Origin: a virus
Lineage: Duplodnaviria > Caudoviricetes
DNA length: 60,478 nt
Virus record (IMG/VR): IMGVR_UViG_3300010354_000096
Location: 1-60,478 of that record
Strand: one strand, 5' to 3'
The position numbers and the translations under genes are program-made. The notes under the pieces are model-generated. The model was given only the letters and a program-made list of their open reading frames with translations. It was not told the DNA's origin and searched no databases. This document shows positions 20,501-29,788 of this stretch, in pieces (positions within the stretch are counted from its first letter, which is position 1; each line of letters starts with the position of its first letter).

Positions 20501-22607
20501 TAACAATTCTGATGGACAAGTAGGTACTGATATTAATGTTGGTTCATCAGTAACTTCACCTGTTCAAGTTGGTACTGATACAGATTGGAGTATAACCGCT
20601 GCTGGCATAGCTCATGGAGTTGCATTAAAAACAAATACTACACTTTGGAGTTGGGGTAATAATGGTAATGGACAAGTTGGTGATAATACTACTATAAATC
20701 GTTCTTCACCTGTTCAAATTGGTTCATTAATAACTACAACAGTAGAATCTTATAAATCTGCTTCAATTTCAGACCAATACCTTTATGATGATGTTCCGCT
20801 AAATATTATGTTACAAAGAAGAGTATCAACTGATTTAACTTCTTCAAATCAAACATATGATTTTATTCTTAAAACTGGAAAATACGGTAAAATAGTAATA
20901 GAACAATCAGCAAGTATTGTTATAAGTGGAAGTGTGAGTGGTAGTTACAACAGAGCATGGTCTGATAATGGACAATTATATATTGGTTCTGGTTCAAATC
21001 CACAAACAAGTAATATACTTTCTGGTTCTATTTTTGAATTAAGATATTGGTCAACCATATTAAACACTTCTTCTTTTGATAATCATGTGTTAGCACCGAG
21101 GGCGTATAATTCTAATAACCCAACTGGTTCTTTCTATGATTTACAAGGACAATGGCAATTTTGGAAAAAGTTTGATTCTGCTGCTACTACCAGTTTTATA
21201 AGTAGTCATCCAGATCAAACAAAGAAAACATTTTATTCTTCTTCCAAAACAGCGTATCTGAATCAATTTAATAGTTCATCATTTGATTCTTCCCTTGAAA
21301 CGTATAATATGGAAGTTGCTACAATAGCAAATAATACACCATTTACTGAAAAAGTTAGAATAGATTCTGCTTCATTACAAGATACTTTACAGTTTGAAAA
21401 GTCGGTTACTGTAACTGAGTTTGATAAGTATTCAATTGACTCAAGTAAATTAATGGTTGCGTTTTCTCCACAGCATATAATAAATGAAGATATTTATGAA
21501 TCGATAGGTTATACTGCTTTGGATGATTATTTTGGTGGTTATGATTCTGTTAATTTAGAAGAATATCCAGACTTAAAGTTTCTAGCAAAAGAATATTGGA
21601 AAAAATATTCAAATAAAAATGATTTTACAGCGTATATCGATTTAATAGCAAAATTTGATTTTAGTATATTTGACCAAATACGTCAAGTTTTACCATTACG
21701 TGTAAATGAAATTTTAGGATTAGTAGTTGAGCCAAATATTTTAGAAAGATCTAAAGTAAGAACAACAAGAGATTTCGCAGCAGAAAAATCAGATAGTGTA
21801 GAAACAAATGATATTTCAACATTAGGTTCACCTGCATTAAAATTAAATAAAGTTAAATCAACTGTTACTATTGGGTTTGATGAAAATTATGATAGTGAAT
21901 TTTTAGAATACGGTGGTGAATTTGAAATTGGAAACACATTTGAAACGGAACTACATGATATTGAGGGTGAAAAGAATTTTAATTATTTAACTACTTCTAA
22001 TTTAAGTAAAACGAGTGGGAGTGTATTTATACCTAAAAAAACTTTTACGAATGAGCATAACAAATTAAAAACCTTTTTAACTGGTTCTAAAATAAAATCA
22101 TTCGTTGCTAATGTAAAAGGAGTTGATGCTAATGTTAATCTTAAACCAACAGTTTCAACAAAAGCGGTAGATGGGAAAACTACATTCTGGTATACACCTG
22201 ACATAGTTGGTACAATTTCAACAATACCAATTCCATCTGAGTACGTTAATACCACAACAACAATTACACCAAATGAAACTGAGCAAACTACAGGAACATT
22301 TGATCAAATTAATACTCCAATTAAAATTGGTGGACATTATCAAACACCTGAGCCAGTTTATTCTACCATGGAAGAGTATATAAACAATCAACCGAGTTCT
22401 TATATTTTTGTTGATACTGATTATGTTAATCCAGATGATTTAAGAACCGCTCAACAAAATTATATGTTTGCCGGTTGTAAACTTGAAGGTAATAGTGGCG
22501 AAGGAGTTAATGATGTAGCTTATCCAGCGGTAACACCAGATGGTGGTGCAATAGTTGAAGTGCTTTCAACTGACATTCTTGAAGATGTTCCGTTCATTAT
22601 AGAATAA
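17505..22607 (+). CDS. large baseplate protein with LamG-like domain and an inserted 7-blade RCC1 propeller
   Basis: YKSKGTSRSIKALL (tail protein I/gp7-type motif); LYIGSG..LSGSIFELRYW (LamG-like); seven RCC1 units at ~19671-20725. Confidence 0.75.
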   Translation: MSNFNYTNIDSILSATNPIRGTRFKLTSIRRKLVVPVISDPEEQYFGRESSLELHVFLPNTTYVDNSSLYDVPFKIESRTERVTIGTSTETVTRKYVLIDVHDHIQNLLQLPPDNYKIVYNFFRNLIGGATDENGRLFIAEISQDRRELKLALKYPENTAAKTSLEQFVLSYLGSTRYLPSVVLNFGENLIVDVINVTNDGDNTYFYVKLYDALPPEIDLYYECWLGSQILKPWIDNVVVRSQEAIDKIPYIKGPNFEVDYDYWVNTETGYKSWNDLLSTNVQTSQEILNRYVNDTGSSVKLNVDYRDFANFVFYSSAEDRSANFFYKLGLIETYNTQLLLLDTYTGSVSANVVNVKNLRNKVEQGFDDFEKWLYYETTASNFYTSQSAATITPYPKYQVDPTSSDYHILTKEGKYKLYSVLSDTGIDWYNDLVDSGLEYDLKNYNSLQKAIPEYILDDGQSEQFRTFVNMIGQHFDILYLYTDHILKKNTRKENPKDGLSQDLVYETTKNLGWTLSSGTQTKDLWEYALGLSGSGEPIWTGKTTINKYLSKSEENRTKEVWRRILNTLPYVYKSKGTSRSIKALLSAYGIPSTILSIREYGGPDNADFGEIPRAEWDKQTYYLGFLGSKQQPKTNQYVQVPWEKVNNANSQWQYPDTLTFRWKMHNAKYYPYHDNKVQTILQKQSGSRLDWYVTIANDGTDYDKGSLTFHMRGEDVTTTGGWSKISAGFNHTSGVKSDGTLWTWGQNTHGQLGDNTVSHRSSPVQVGSDYNWSYVTTGDYYTIAIKTDGTLWAWGQNTYGELGQSDTVSRSSPVQIGTLANWSKVDGGNNHVLATKTDGTLWAWGFNGNGELGNSTTISRSSPVQIGTLSTWSSVTAGSNHGFAIKNDNTLWGWGRGAFGELGDNTTNNSSSPIQIGTSFSTVSAGGYYTLAVKTDGTLWGWGYNNKYQLGLANTTTYSSPVQIGTGYASVSAGPDSGGLNYATSLAVKTNGTLWGWGNNSDGQVGTDINVGSSVTSPVQVGTDTDWSITAAGIAHGVALKTNTTLWSWGNNGNGQVGDNTTINRSSPVQIGSLITTTVESYKSASISDQYLYDDVPLNIMLQRRVSTDLTSSNQTYDFILKTGKYGKIVIEQSASIVISGSVSGSYNRAWSDNGQLYIGSGSNPQTSNILSGSIFELRYWSTILNTSSFDNHVLAPRAYNSNNPTGSFYDLQGQWQFWKKFDSAATTSFISSHPDQTKKTFYSSSKTAYLNQFNSSSFDSSLETYNMEVATIANNTPFTEKVRIDSASLQDTLQFEKSVTVTEFDKYSIDSSKLMVAFSPQHIINEDIYESIGYTALDDYFGGYDSVNLEEYPDLKFLAKEYWKKYSNKNDFTAYIDLIAKFDFSIFDQIRQVLPLRVNEILGLVVEPNILERSKVRTTRDFAAEKSDSVETNDISTLGSPALKLNKVKSTVTIGFDENYDSEFLEYGGEFEIGNTFETELHDIEGEKNFNYLTTSNLSKTSGSVFIPKKTFTNEHNKLKTFLTGSKIKSFVANVKGVDANVNLKPTVSTKAVDGKTTFWYTPDIVGTISTIPIPSEYVNTTTTITPNETEQTTGTFDQINTPIKIGGHYQTPEPVYSTMEEYINNQPSSYIFVDTDYVNPDDLRTAQQNYMFAGCKLEGNSGEGVNDVAYPAVTPDGGAIVEVLSTDILEDVPFIIE

Positions 22608-22647
22608 ATAAATAATAAAAAAAATATTGAAAATACTATTGTTTTTC

Positions 22648-22656
22648 ATATTTATA
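22648..22656 (+). promoter_or_regulatory. putative late promoter ATATTTATA (representative copy; others at 2235, 8116, 11852, 41741, 44497, 46073, 58541)
   Basis: Same 8-9-mer in most of the longer intergenic gaps preceding structural genes. Confidence 0.6.
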
Positions 22657-22735
22657 TAAAAAAACATACCCATCGTTTCGTGGGTTACATTGATTTGTCA
22701 TATTGAGAATATAATTATATAAAAAGGAGTATGGT

Positions 22736-23500
22736 ATGGGTTATTTAAGTAATAATGGTACAGTAACCGTTGACGCAATTCTTACTAAAAAAGGAAGAGA
22801 ACTTTTAGCAAAAGGTGATGGTAAGTTTAGAATCACACAATTTGCTCTTGCAGATGATGAAATTGATTATGATTTATGGAATCCGAATCATGGGGGTGGT
22901 TCAGCATATTACGGAGTTGTTATTGAAAATACGCCAATTACAGAAGCAGTTCCTGATGAAACTCAATCAATGAAATATAAATTAATTTCTTTACCAAAAG
23001 GAACAATCTCAATTCCGTTTTTACAAACAGATGTGGGTACTACTTCATTTTCATTTAATAACGCAAATGGAGAAACTATCGCTGGTGGTGGTGCTAACTT
23101 AGGTTATAAAGAAGTTAAAATATTAACACAACAATATACTGGTATACCTGGTGAATACACCCCACCTGGTGAACAAACATACACGGTTACTATATTAGAC
23201 ACAACATATATGGATCTTTGGGTTTCTGCTCCTGCAAATGTTGTAGCATCTACAATGTCTGGTAATTCTAAAACTATATCACGAGTTCCAGAAACAAGTT
23301 TAGGTGGTAGCAATGGTTTAAATATTTTTGTTTATGGAAAAGATAAACTTGGTACTGGTACAAAAAGTACAAAAGTTATTGTTACAAATGAACAATTTGG
23401 TTCAAGACTTGTTTTGAATTTTACATATTCATGGACTAGTAAAAACGATAATAGTAGAAATTTATCTGCTTTACAGACAGCAGGTAATTATAAGGCATAA
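22736..23500 (+). CDS. baseplate/tail-collar-like structural protein
   Basis: AILTKKGRELLAKG..FRITQFALADDEIDY resembles the N-terminal part of tail-collar/baseplate domains; strong SD AAGGAG. Confidence 0.55.
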   Translation: MGYLSNNGTVTVDAILTKKGRELLAKGDGKFRITQFALADDEIDYDLWNPNHGGGSAYYGVVIENTPITEAVPDETQSMKYKLISLPKGTISIPFLQTDVGTTSFSFNNANGETIAGGGANLGYKEVKILTQQYTGIPGEYTPPGEQTYTVTILDTTYMDLWVSAPANVVASTMSGNSKTISRVPETSLGGSNGLNIFVYGKDKLGTGTKSTKVIVTNEQFGSRLVLNFTYSWTSKNDNSRNLSALQTAGNYKA

Positions 23501-23539
23501 ATGGTTTTTAAAATAAAAAAAAGATAGGAAATTAAAGAT

Positions 23540-24805
23540 ATGGCGCAAATATTTTTCCCAATAACAACTATATCAGATCCATCCAATAATTATGGTTCTA
23601 CGGTTTATACAAATACACCAACACGGCCACTTTGGGGTTCTAATATTGGGTTTACATTAAACAATTTTTATACAAGTTCTTTACAAACAGCAACTTCTAA
23701 ACAATATTATTATGAGGTATGGGCATCCGCCTCGTTAACTTGTAATGATGAAAGAATGTTTGCAGTAGCATATGGAAATATAAGTGGATCTGGTTCATCA
23801 TACGATGCAGATGATACTTCATTGACTGGTGATACACCAACACGTGCTATATATAATCAGTACAGATTGCTTTGTTTGGATGGTGATGAAAATGGTTTAT
23901 TGTTATCTAGTTCAATTGCAGATATAACTGCATTTGCAGAATCAGGTGTGGTTGGTGGTTCGATCGTACCACTTAAACATTTTTATGCACTTTCAATTAA
24001 TCGTGATAGATTTGGTGATAAATTAGATCCAGGTAATTTCCAATTAAATATTGCAGAATTGAATGGTGCTAATTTTGAAATGCAATATCATACTGGAAGT
24101 AATGTTACTGTAAAATCTGGTGGTAAAGTAATTAAGTTAATTGATGATTCTGGTGATATTAGTAATAACGCATTAGAATATAATGAACTTATTGATGATC
24201 CAAAGGCATTATCAAAACCAAGAGCACTTGTAAGTGGAAGTCTTTCAAACGGAATTTATAATAATGGTTCTGTGGATACCGCTTTTAATGGTAGAGAAAT
24301 TTATGGAATGGTATATCCAAGTTTGGGTGTAGTATTATTGTCTGCTGATAAATTAAATTTGTCTGCTTCATTCAACAGTTTTACAGCAAGTAACGCTAAT
24401 GGTGATAATGCGTATAAGTTATTTACAGCAATTTCTGGTGCTTATGCAACTCATACCTACGGTTTCCAAGCTAGGTCAATTGATATAAAAAAATCTCAAC
24501 AATATTATGTTAGTGTAATGCCAACCCAAGAAGGGTTTGGAACATCAAATCCAACATGGGTATTACCACCTGATAGTGAAGACCCATATGTACCGGGTGG
24601 AACTGTTACTGGCTTAATAAAATATTCTGATATGCGATGGAAAGGTGATCCTAATACTGGTACACCTGGACAAACCGTTGTTTACGTAACTTCTATTGGT
24701 TTATATGATGATAATAAAAATTTATTAGCGGTTGCTAAACTAAATGAACCAATAAAACATGAGAATAACGATATGTTATCTGTTACAGTTAAATTGGAGT
24801 ATTAA
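23540..24805 (+). CDS. baseplate paralog 1 (TSIGLY..LLAVAKL family)
   Basis: C-terminal YVTSIGLYDDNKNLLAVAKLNEPIK..VKLEY; FAVAYG and KLDPGNFQL motifs shared with neighbours. Confidence 0.65.
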   Translation: MAQIFFPITTISDPSNNYGSTVYTNTPTRPLWGSNIGFTLNNFYTSSLQTATSKQYYYEVWASASLTCNDERMFAVAYGNISGSGSSYDADDTSLTGDTPTRAIYNQYRLLCLDGDENGLLLSSSIADITAFAESGVVGGSIVPLKHFYALSINRDRFGDKLDPGNFQLNIAELNGANFEMQYHTGSNVTVKSGGKVIKLIDDSGDISNNALEYNELIDDPKALSKPRALVSGSLSNGIYNNGSVDTAFNGREIYGMVYPSLGVVLLSADKLNLSASFNSFTASNANGDNAYKLFTAISGAYATHTYGFQARSIDIKKSQQYYVSVMPTQEGFGTSNPTWVLPPDSEDPYVPGGTVTGLIKYSDMRWKGDPNTGTPGQTVVYVTSIGLYDDNKNLLAVAKLNEPIKHENNDMLSVTVKLEY

Positions 24806-24807
24806 TA

Positions 24808-25932
24808 ATGGCTATACTTCCAACAAACATGATTATGTCTAGTTTAGATAGAACTACAACTACTGGAAATAGCGGTTTTAATGGTGGATTGAGTTTCAAG
24901 ACTTTTGATGCTTCTGCAATTAATAATTATCAAAGACAAGTTGTAACAGCACCTCTTTGGTCAGGTGGACAAGCAAGTTTACGTAATATATACACGAGTT
25001 CTGCACAGTCTGTAAATGAGAAAAGATATTATTATGATGTTTATAATAGTCAATCAAATGTACAAGGTGCTGCGGTTCAATTCTCTGTTGCGTATGGTGA
25101 TTTGAATGGAAGTGGCTCATCCACTGGTTCAACTGGTACAAATGTATACGATTACCCAACAAAAGCAATATATTCACAATATCGTCAATTGTTGTTAGAA
25201 CCAAACGTTCCACTATTTACATTTGAAAACGGTGAAACATCAGAATATGTTTATGTTATTAATGTTAACCGTAGTAGATACAAGGACAGAATAGATACTA
25301 ATACATGGCAACTTTCTTTGGCAGAATTAAACACTACTGGTGCGGTTTCTTCTTCAAATAAAATTGTTACACTCATAGACGATGCAACTGCTTCAACTAC
25401 AGAGTTAGCAACACAAGGTGGTCGAGTATTTAATATACGAAGTGGAAGTCTTTTAAACGGAATTTATACAGCAGATACAACACCATGGGGATTGTTTTAT
25501 CCAGATAACGGTATAATAGTTTTGAATGGTAAAGCATTAGACACTTCTGCTTCTTTTGCAACTCATAGAAGTCCTGCAACTGCTAGTGGTGATGATTCGG
25601 CTAAAAAATTATTTACGGCAATTAGTGGAGCAATGACGATTAGTTCAACAACTGGTTCATTCACCGCTAAAACAAGTGAAATGTATGCAAGTACATATTA
25701 TTTCGCAAGACTTAATAATGATGAATTTAACTATACAAGTAATCCAAGTTTTTATTCTGGTAGTACAAATATAGTTAAATGGGCAGGAATGTACGATAAC
25801 CCAAGAACGTATGTAACATCTATTGGTTTATATAATGATAATTTTGAATTATTAGCGGTAGCTAAATTAAATCAACCAATAGCAAAAACATTCGATAAAG
25901 AAGTTTCAATAAAAATAAAATTAGATTTCTAA
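24808..25932 (+). CDS. baseplate paralog 2
   Basis: FSVAYG, KAIYSQYR, YVTSIGLYNDNFELLAVAKLNQPI..IKLDF. Confidence 0.65.
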   Translation: MAILPTNMIMSSLDRTTTTGNSGFNGGLSFKTFDASAINNYQRQVVTAPLWSGGQASLRNIYTSSAQSVNEKRYYYDVYNSQSNVQGAAVQFSVAYGDLNGSGSSTGSTGTNVYDYPTKAIYSQYRQLLLEPNVPLFTFENGETSEYVYVINVNRSRYKDRIDTNTWQLSLAELNTTGAVSSSNKIVTLIDDATASTTELATQGGRVFNIRSGSLLNGIYTADTTPWGLFYPDNGIIVLNGKALDTSASFATHRSPATASGDDSAKKLFTAISGAMTISSTTGSFTAKTSEMYASTYYFARLNNDEFNYTSNPSFYSGSTNIVKWAGMYDNPRTYVTSIGLYNDNFELLAVAKLNQPIAKTFDKEVSIKIKLDF

Positions 25933-25939
25933 GGTAAAC

Positions 25940-28900
25940 ATGGATCAATACTACTTCCCCAATGAAATAGAGCAGATACGAGCTGCGTATCTGGCATTTT
26001 TACAAAAAGATTATTTACTGTTATATAGCGCAATTGATGCACTTAACTTAGCATCGAATGATATTCGTGCTAGATATGCTAACCAACAGACTGAACCATA
26101 TCAACGTCCAGTTACTATTTGGAATAATTTAATAAGTCTTTTTACCATTTACGCTGATTATTTAACAGCATCAAACGGTGGAACAAGTATATCTTTCTAT
26201 GATTGGTCTGATATAGAATATGCGGATTATGGTGGTATTAAACCTTCTTCAAGAGTAGAGAAAATATACACTACATTAGAAGGCTCACAAGGATTCGCAT
26301 CAGATAAGTACGGACAATTATGGTCTATGTATTTTGGACCTGGTCCATTAGGAGCTTCTTCTATAAAAGATTATATGAAAATTCCAGTTCAACAATCTGG
26401 TACTGGTACTTCATCTGGTCAAGGATTGAGTGGTGGTACTCCAGTTACTAATACAGGTGCTACTCCATGTCTACCTACTGATTGGCATTGGCAATTCAGA
26501 CCAAAGATAGTTGCACTTCCAGAACCAGAATTAATTAATGGATTTGTTCCAGTTGGAAATAAAATAGCTTTAGAATATACATTGTATAAATGTTGTCCAA
26601 AGTTTAGTGCAAATGAATATCCAGTTAAGTTGCAAGGTGCAACCGATCAATTTGTTGTTAGAATACCAGCAAGGTTACTTGCAAACGCAGAACCATGTTC
26701 AGATAAAGACCCAAATCCTGGTAAAATAACATATAAGAGATACTTTGATATTAGAGATATTGTAGAAAAGTTATATACTTCTTTAGATATAATTCACAAT
26801 GATGGTACTAATCCGCCATTTCTTTTATTACAATATATGCTTGGAAATACAAACATATATCCAGCTAGTGTTGATTTGTGTAAGACAGCAACTTACACCA
26901 CAGGAAAAAATTATAAAATACCGTTTGGTGATTTTGGGAATGGTACTATTAAATATTTGACTTGGGGAAGCAGTGTACGTAGTATGCAAGATTACTATCC
27001 TGGTTATTTAAGTAAAGATTTTACAGATGTTATAAATGTTGCAACTCAAGTTATAGACAATCCTAACAATATTATATTAGAAAGATTTTTGTCTGATGCA
27101 GGATTTGGATCAGTTAACTTATTGAACAGTACAACATTAACAGACCCATCGGTATCTGTTATAAAAACATTCAATGAATCAGTAGGTGGTGGTACATTAT
27201 TAATATCCGCTCAACCGCAAGGTTACGCAGAAAAATGTGCTGATGTTACTATAACACCTCCAAAAGATCCAGTTGGAAGTGTTACTGTGGATTCTTGTCT
27301 TTCTCCATATAATTCAGCAAATAAATTCCAATGGTCATTGGAATTAGAAGACACACCTGTTTTTCAAGACATATACGATTTTAGAAATGATTATGATGAT
27401 AATACTAAATTATTCAGAGATTTAGAATTATTATACCCAACTACTCTTGCTGATAATGCAGCGGTTGTTATACGCAATAGAGGACGTTTCATTTTTGAAG
27501 ATAACATAAATATTCAAAAAACATCGATGAACAAAGTGGAAAGAAAATCCATTTCAAGTAATCCATGTTATACCGCAACTGCAGAAACGTTTAGATTAGA
27601 AATAAAAAGAAAAAGAAAAAGATATATTAAAGTAAAATGTGGTGCAGCGGAAACAACTGGAACAAATGGTTCACTTGGTATAAATGTTGTATACTTCGCT
27701 GAAAACGCAATGAGTGATCCAAAGTTTGCACCACCAACTATTACAACTGATATAGATGATTATTTGCGTGCAAACAATTTTACCTCTAAAGATTCTCTCG
27801 GTGGTGACAGCGGTCAAATTACTCGTGGTAAACTTGCAACATATTTAGCAGTTCAGAAATACGGAAAAAATAATGTATATAAAGAAGATTCTGGACCAAA
27901 AGCAGGTCAATTATACATTTTTGAAGAAGGTTATTATCCGTTATATAGTAGCGATAGAACAAGAGATTTTGTTTCTGAAATATCAGATGTTAATACAATA
28001 GAATTTACTAAAAATAATACTGGATGTATTCCAGACGATTATTGTATTGATAAAGGCTGGGTGCCAGATCCAACTGATTTGTGTGGTTGCGTTGAAGTAA
28101 ATGTTCAAGAATGTTATGATGTTTATCCTGCACTTGAATATTTAGACGCTAATAGAATTAAAAGAACAATACCTGAGAGATTAATATTAAAAGTATTTCC
28201 GTTTAATATTGATTATCCGTTCTTAACAAAAGGACAACGAGTAGTTAGTACAAGAAGAGCTAGTTCTGCAATATGTAATCCAAGTATTGCTAAATTATAT
28301 CATCCATTACTTTATGGTGGTGATATTCTACCTGGTGTATCTAAGAATCAAGTGTACGGTATATTCAATGGTTCTTCTTCTCTTGATTGCTATTATACAA
28401 GTTCAACTCAAACTACAGCGTCAAAACAAATATATTATGATGTACTTGGATGTAATACCTGTGATGTAACTCCTTTTTATGCAGTAGCATACGGACATTA
28501 TGAAGGTTCTGGTTCTATAGGATATAATTACGATTATAGTGACAGTTCTGCCAAAGCAATATACTCACAGTTTAGATTGTTAGGAATGGAAGCAACACAA
28601 TCAAGATTTATGTTCTTAGATTCTGGATCAGCAAATACTCCAAAAGATATTTATGTTATAAACTATTATAGAAATGGACTTTCACATAAATTAGATTTAG
28701 GTAATTTTGAAATAAACTTAGCTGAATTGAACGGTACTGCGTATCCAAACAATTATTATACAGGTAGTAATGTTCAAGTAAGTTCTTCTAATAAAGTTTT
28801 ATCACTCATTGATAATTCTGGTGATGGAGATGATAATAGATTTTGTACAGAAGACCCAACAGATTATTACGATATTGTTAGTGGAAGCCTTACAAAAGGA

Positions 28901-29377
28901 ATTCATTCAACATCTACTGGCAGTAATGTAACAACTTACGGTAAAATATTTCCAAATATTGGCGTTATAGTATTGGATGGTAGCAAGTTAAATACATACT
29001 TGAATTTTAATTCTGTTAGTGGAAGTAACGTTGTAGGTGATAACGCTTGGAAAATACACACTGCAATAAGTGGAGCAGCGGTATTAAATAAACCAATGAT
29101 TGGTAGAACGGTAAAACAAAAAACAACTAACCATTATTTTATAAGAATACCTGTTGAAGAAGCTAATTACAGTACAAATCCAACATATCTTACAGATGAT
29201 ACAACTAAAATCGGACATTTGAAATATGATTGCTTTATTGATAACCCAATTACATATATAACAACGGTTGGTTTATACGATGATACCAATGAATTACTTG
29301 CTATTGCTAAATTAAATAAGCCAATACAAAAATCATACGAAAATGATATTCTAATAAAAATAAGATTAAATTGGTAA
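25940..29377 (+). CDS. baseplate paralog 3 with long Cys-rich N-terminal extension
   Basis: C-terminal ~360 aa match paralogs 1 and 2 (YAVAYG, KAIYSQFR, YITTVGLYDD..LLAIAKL); about 20 Cys overall. Confidence 0.65.
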   Translation: MDQYYFPNEIEQIRAAYLAFLQKDYLLLYSAIDALNLASNDIRARYANQQTEPYQRPVTIWNNLISLFTIYADYLTASNGGTSISFYDWSDIEYADYGGIKPSSRVEKIYTTLEGSQGFASDKYGQLWSMYFGPGPLGASSIKDYMKIPVQQSGTGTSSGQGLSGGTPVTNTGATPCLPTDWHWQFRPKIVALPEPELINGFVPVGNKIALEYTLYKCCPKFSANEYPVKLQGATDQFVVRIPARLLANAEPCSDKDPNPGKITYKRYFDIRDIVEKLYTSLDIIHNDGTNPPFLLLQYMLGNTNIYPASVDLCKTATYTTGKNYKIPFGDFGNGTIKYLTWGSSVRSMQDYYPGYLSKDFTDVINVATQVIDNPNNIILERFLSDAGFGSVNLLNSTTLTDPSVSVIKTFNESVGGGTLLISAQPQGYAEKCADVTITPPKDPVGSVTVDSCLSPYNSANKFQWSLELEDTPVFQDIYDFRNDYDDNTKLFRDLELLYPTTLADNAAVVIRNRGRFIFEDNINIQKTSMNKVERKSISSNPCYTATAETFRLEIKRKRKRYIKVKCGAAETTGTNGSLGINVVYFAENAMSDPKFAPPTITTDIDDYLRANNFTSKDSLGGDSGQITRGKLATYLAVQKYGKNNVYKEDSGPKAGQLYIFEEGYYPLYSSDRTRDFVSEISDVNTIEFTKNNTGCIPDDYCIDKGWVPDPTDLCGCVEVNVQECYDVYPALEYLDANRIKRTIPERLILKVFPFNIDYPFLTKGQRVVSTRRASSAICNPSIAKLYHPLLYGGDILPGVSKNQVYGIFNGSSSLDCYYTSSTQTTASKQIYYDVLGCNTCDVTPFYAVAYGHYEGSGSIGYNYDYSDSSAKAIYSQFRLLGMEATQSRFMFLDSGSANTPKDIYVINYYRNGLSHKLDLGNFEINLAELNGTAYPNNYYTGSNVQVSSSNKVLSLIDNSGDGDDNRFCTEDPTDYYDIVSGSLTKGIHSTSTGSNVTTYGKIFPNIGVIVLDGSKLNTYLNFNSVSGSNVVGDNAWKIHTAISGAAVLNKPMIGRTVKQKTTNHYFIRIPVEEANYSTNPTYLTDDTTKIGHLKYDCFIDNPITYITTVGLYDDTNELLAIAKLNKPIQKSYENDILIKIRLNW

Positions 29378-29392
29378 TTTTAAGAGGGTTTT

Positions 29393-29785
29393 ATGGAAGA
29401 ACAATTTGTTATCGAGAATATCAATGACATTCTACATCAAATAAGACAATATGTTTTATTAAAAGTTACAGAGCTAGATATACTTGGAATAGACATTAAT
29501 AATCAAATATTTGAACCGAATGTTAATGAAATGGAACTGAGAAATTCTATTAATAGAGAAATTAATCGTGTTGCTGTAGATGCTACGTTAAAAATATTGG
29601 AAAAAGATTGGTTTTATGTTCCAGACGATTTTAATGCAGATGATATGTTGTTAATACTTGAAGACGCTTATCAAGATATTTTAGCAACTGACAGGGATTT
29701 TACCAACTATATAAAAGAAACTGGTGATGATTCCGTATTATCAAAGGATCAATTCGTTGGATTAAAATTTTTAGATTGGTTATAA
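29393..29785 (+). CDS. hypothetical acidic protein
   Basis: 130-aa ORF with GAGG SD, tightly packed in the operon. Confidence 0.65.
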   Translation: MEEQFVIENINDILHQIRQYVLLKVTELDILGIDINNQIFEPNVNEMELRNSINREINRVAVDATLKILEKDWFYVPDDFNADDMLLILEDAYQDILATDRDFTNYIKETGDDSVLSKDQFVGLKFLDWL

Positions 29786-29788
29786 GAT

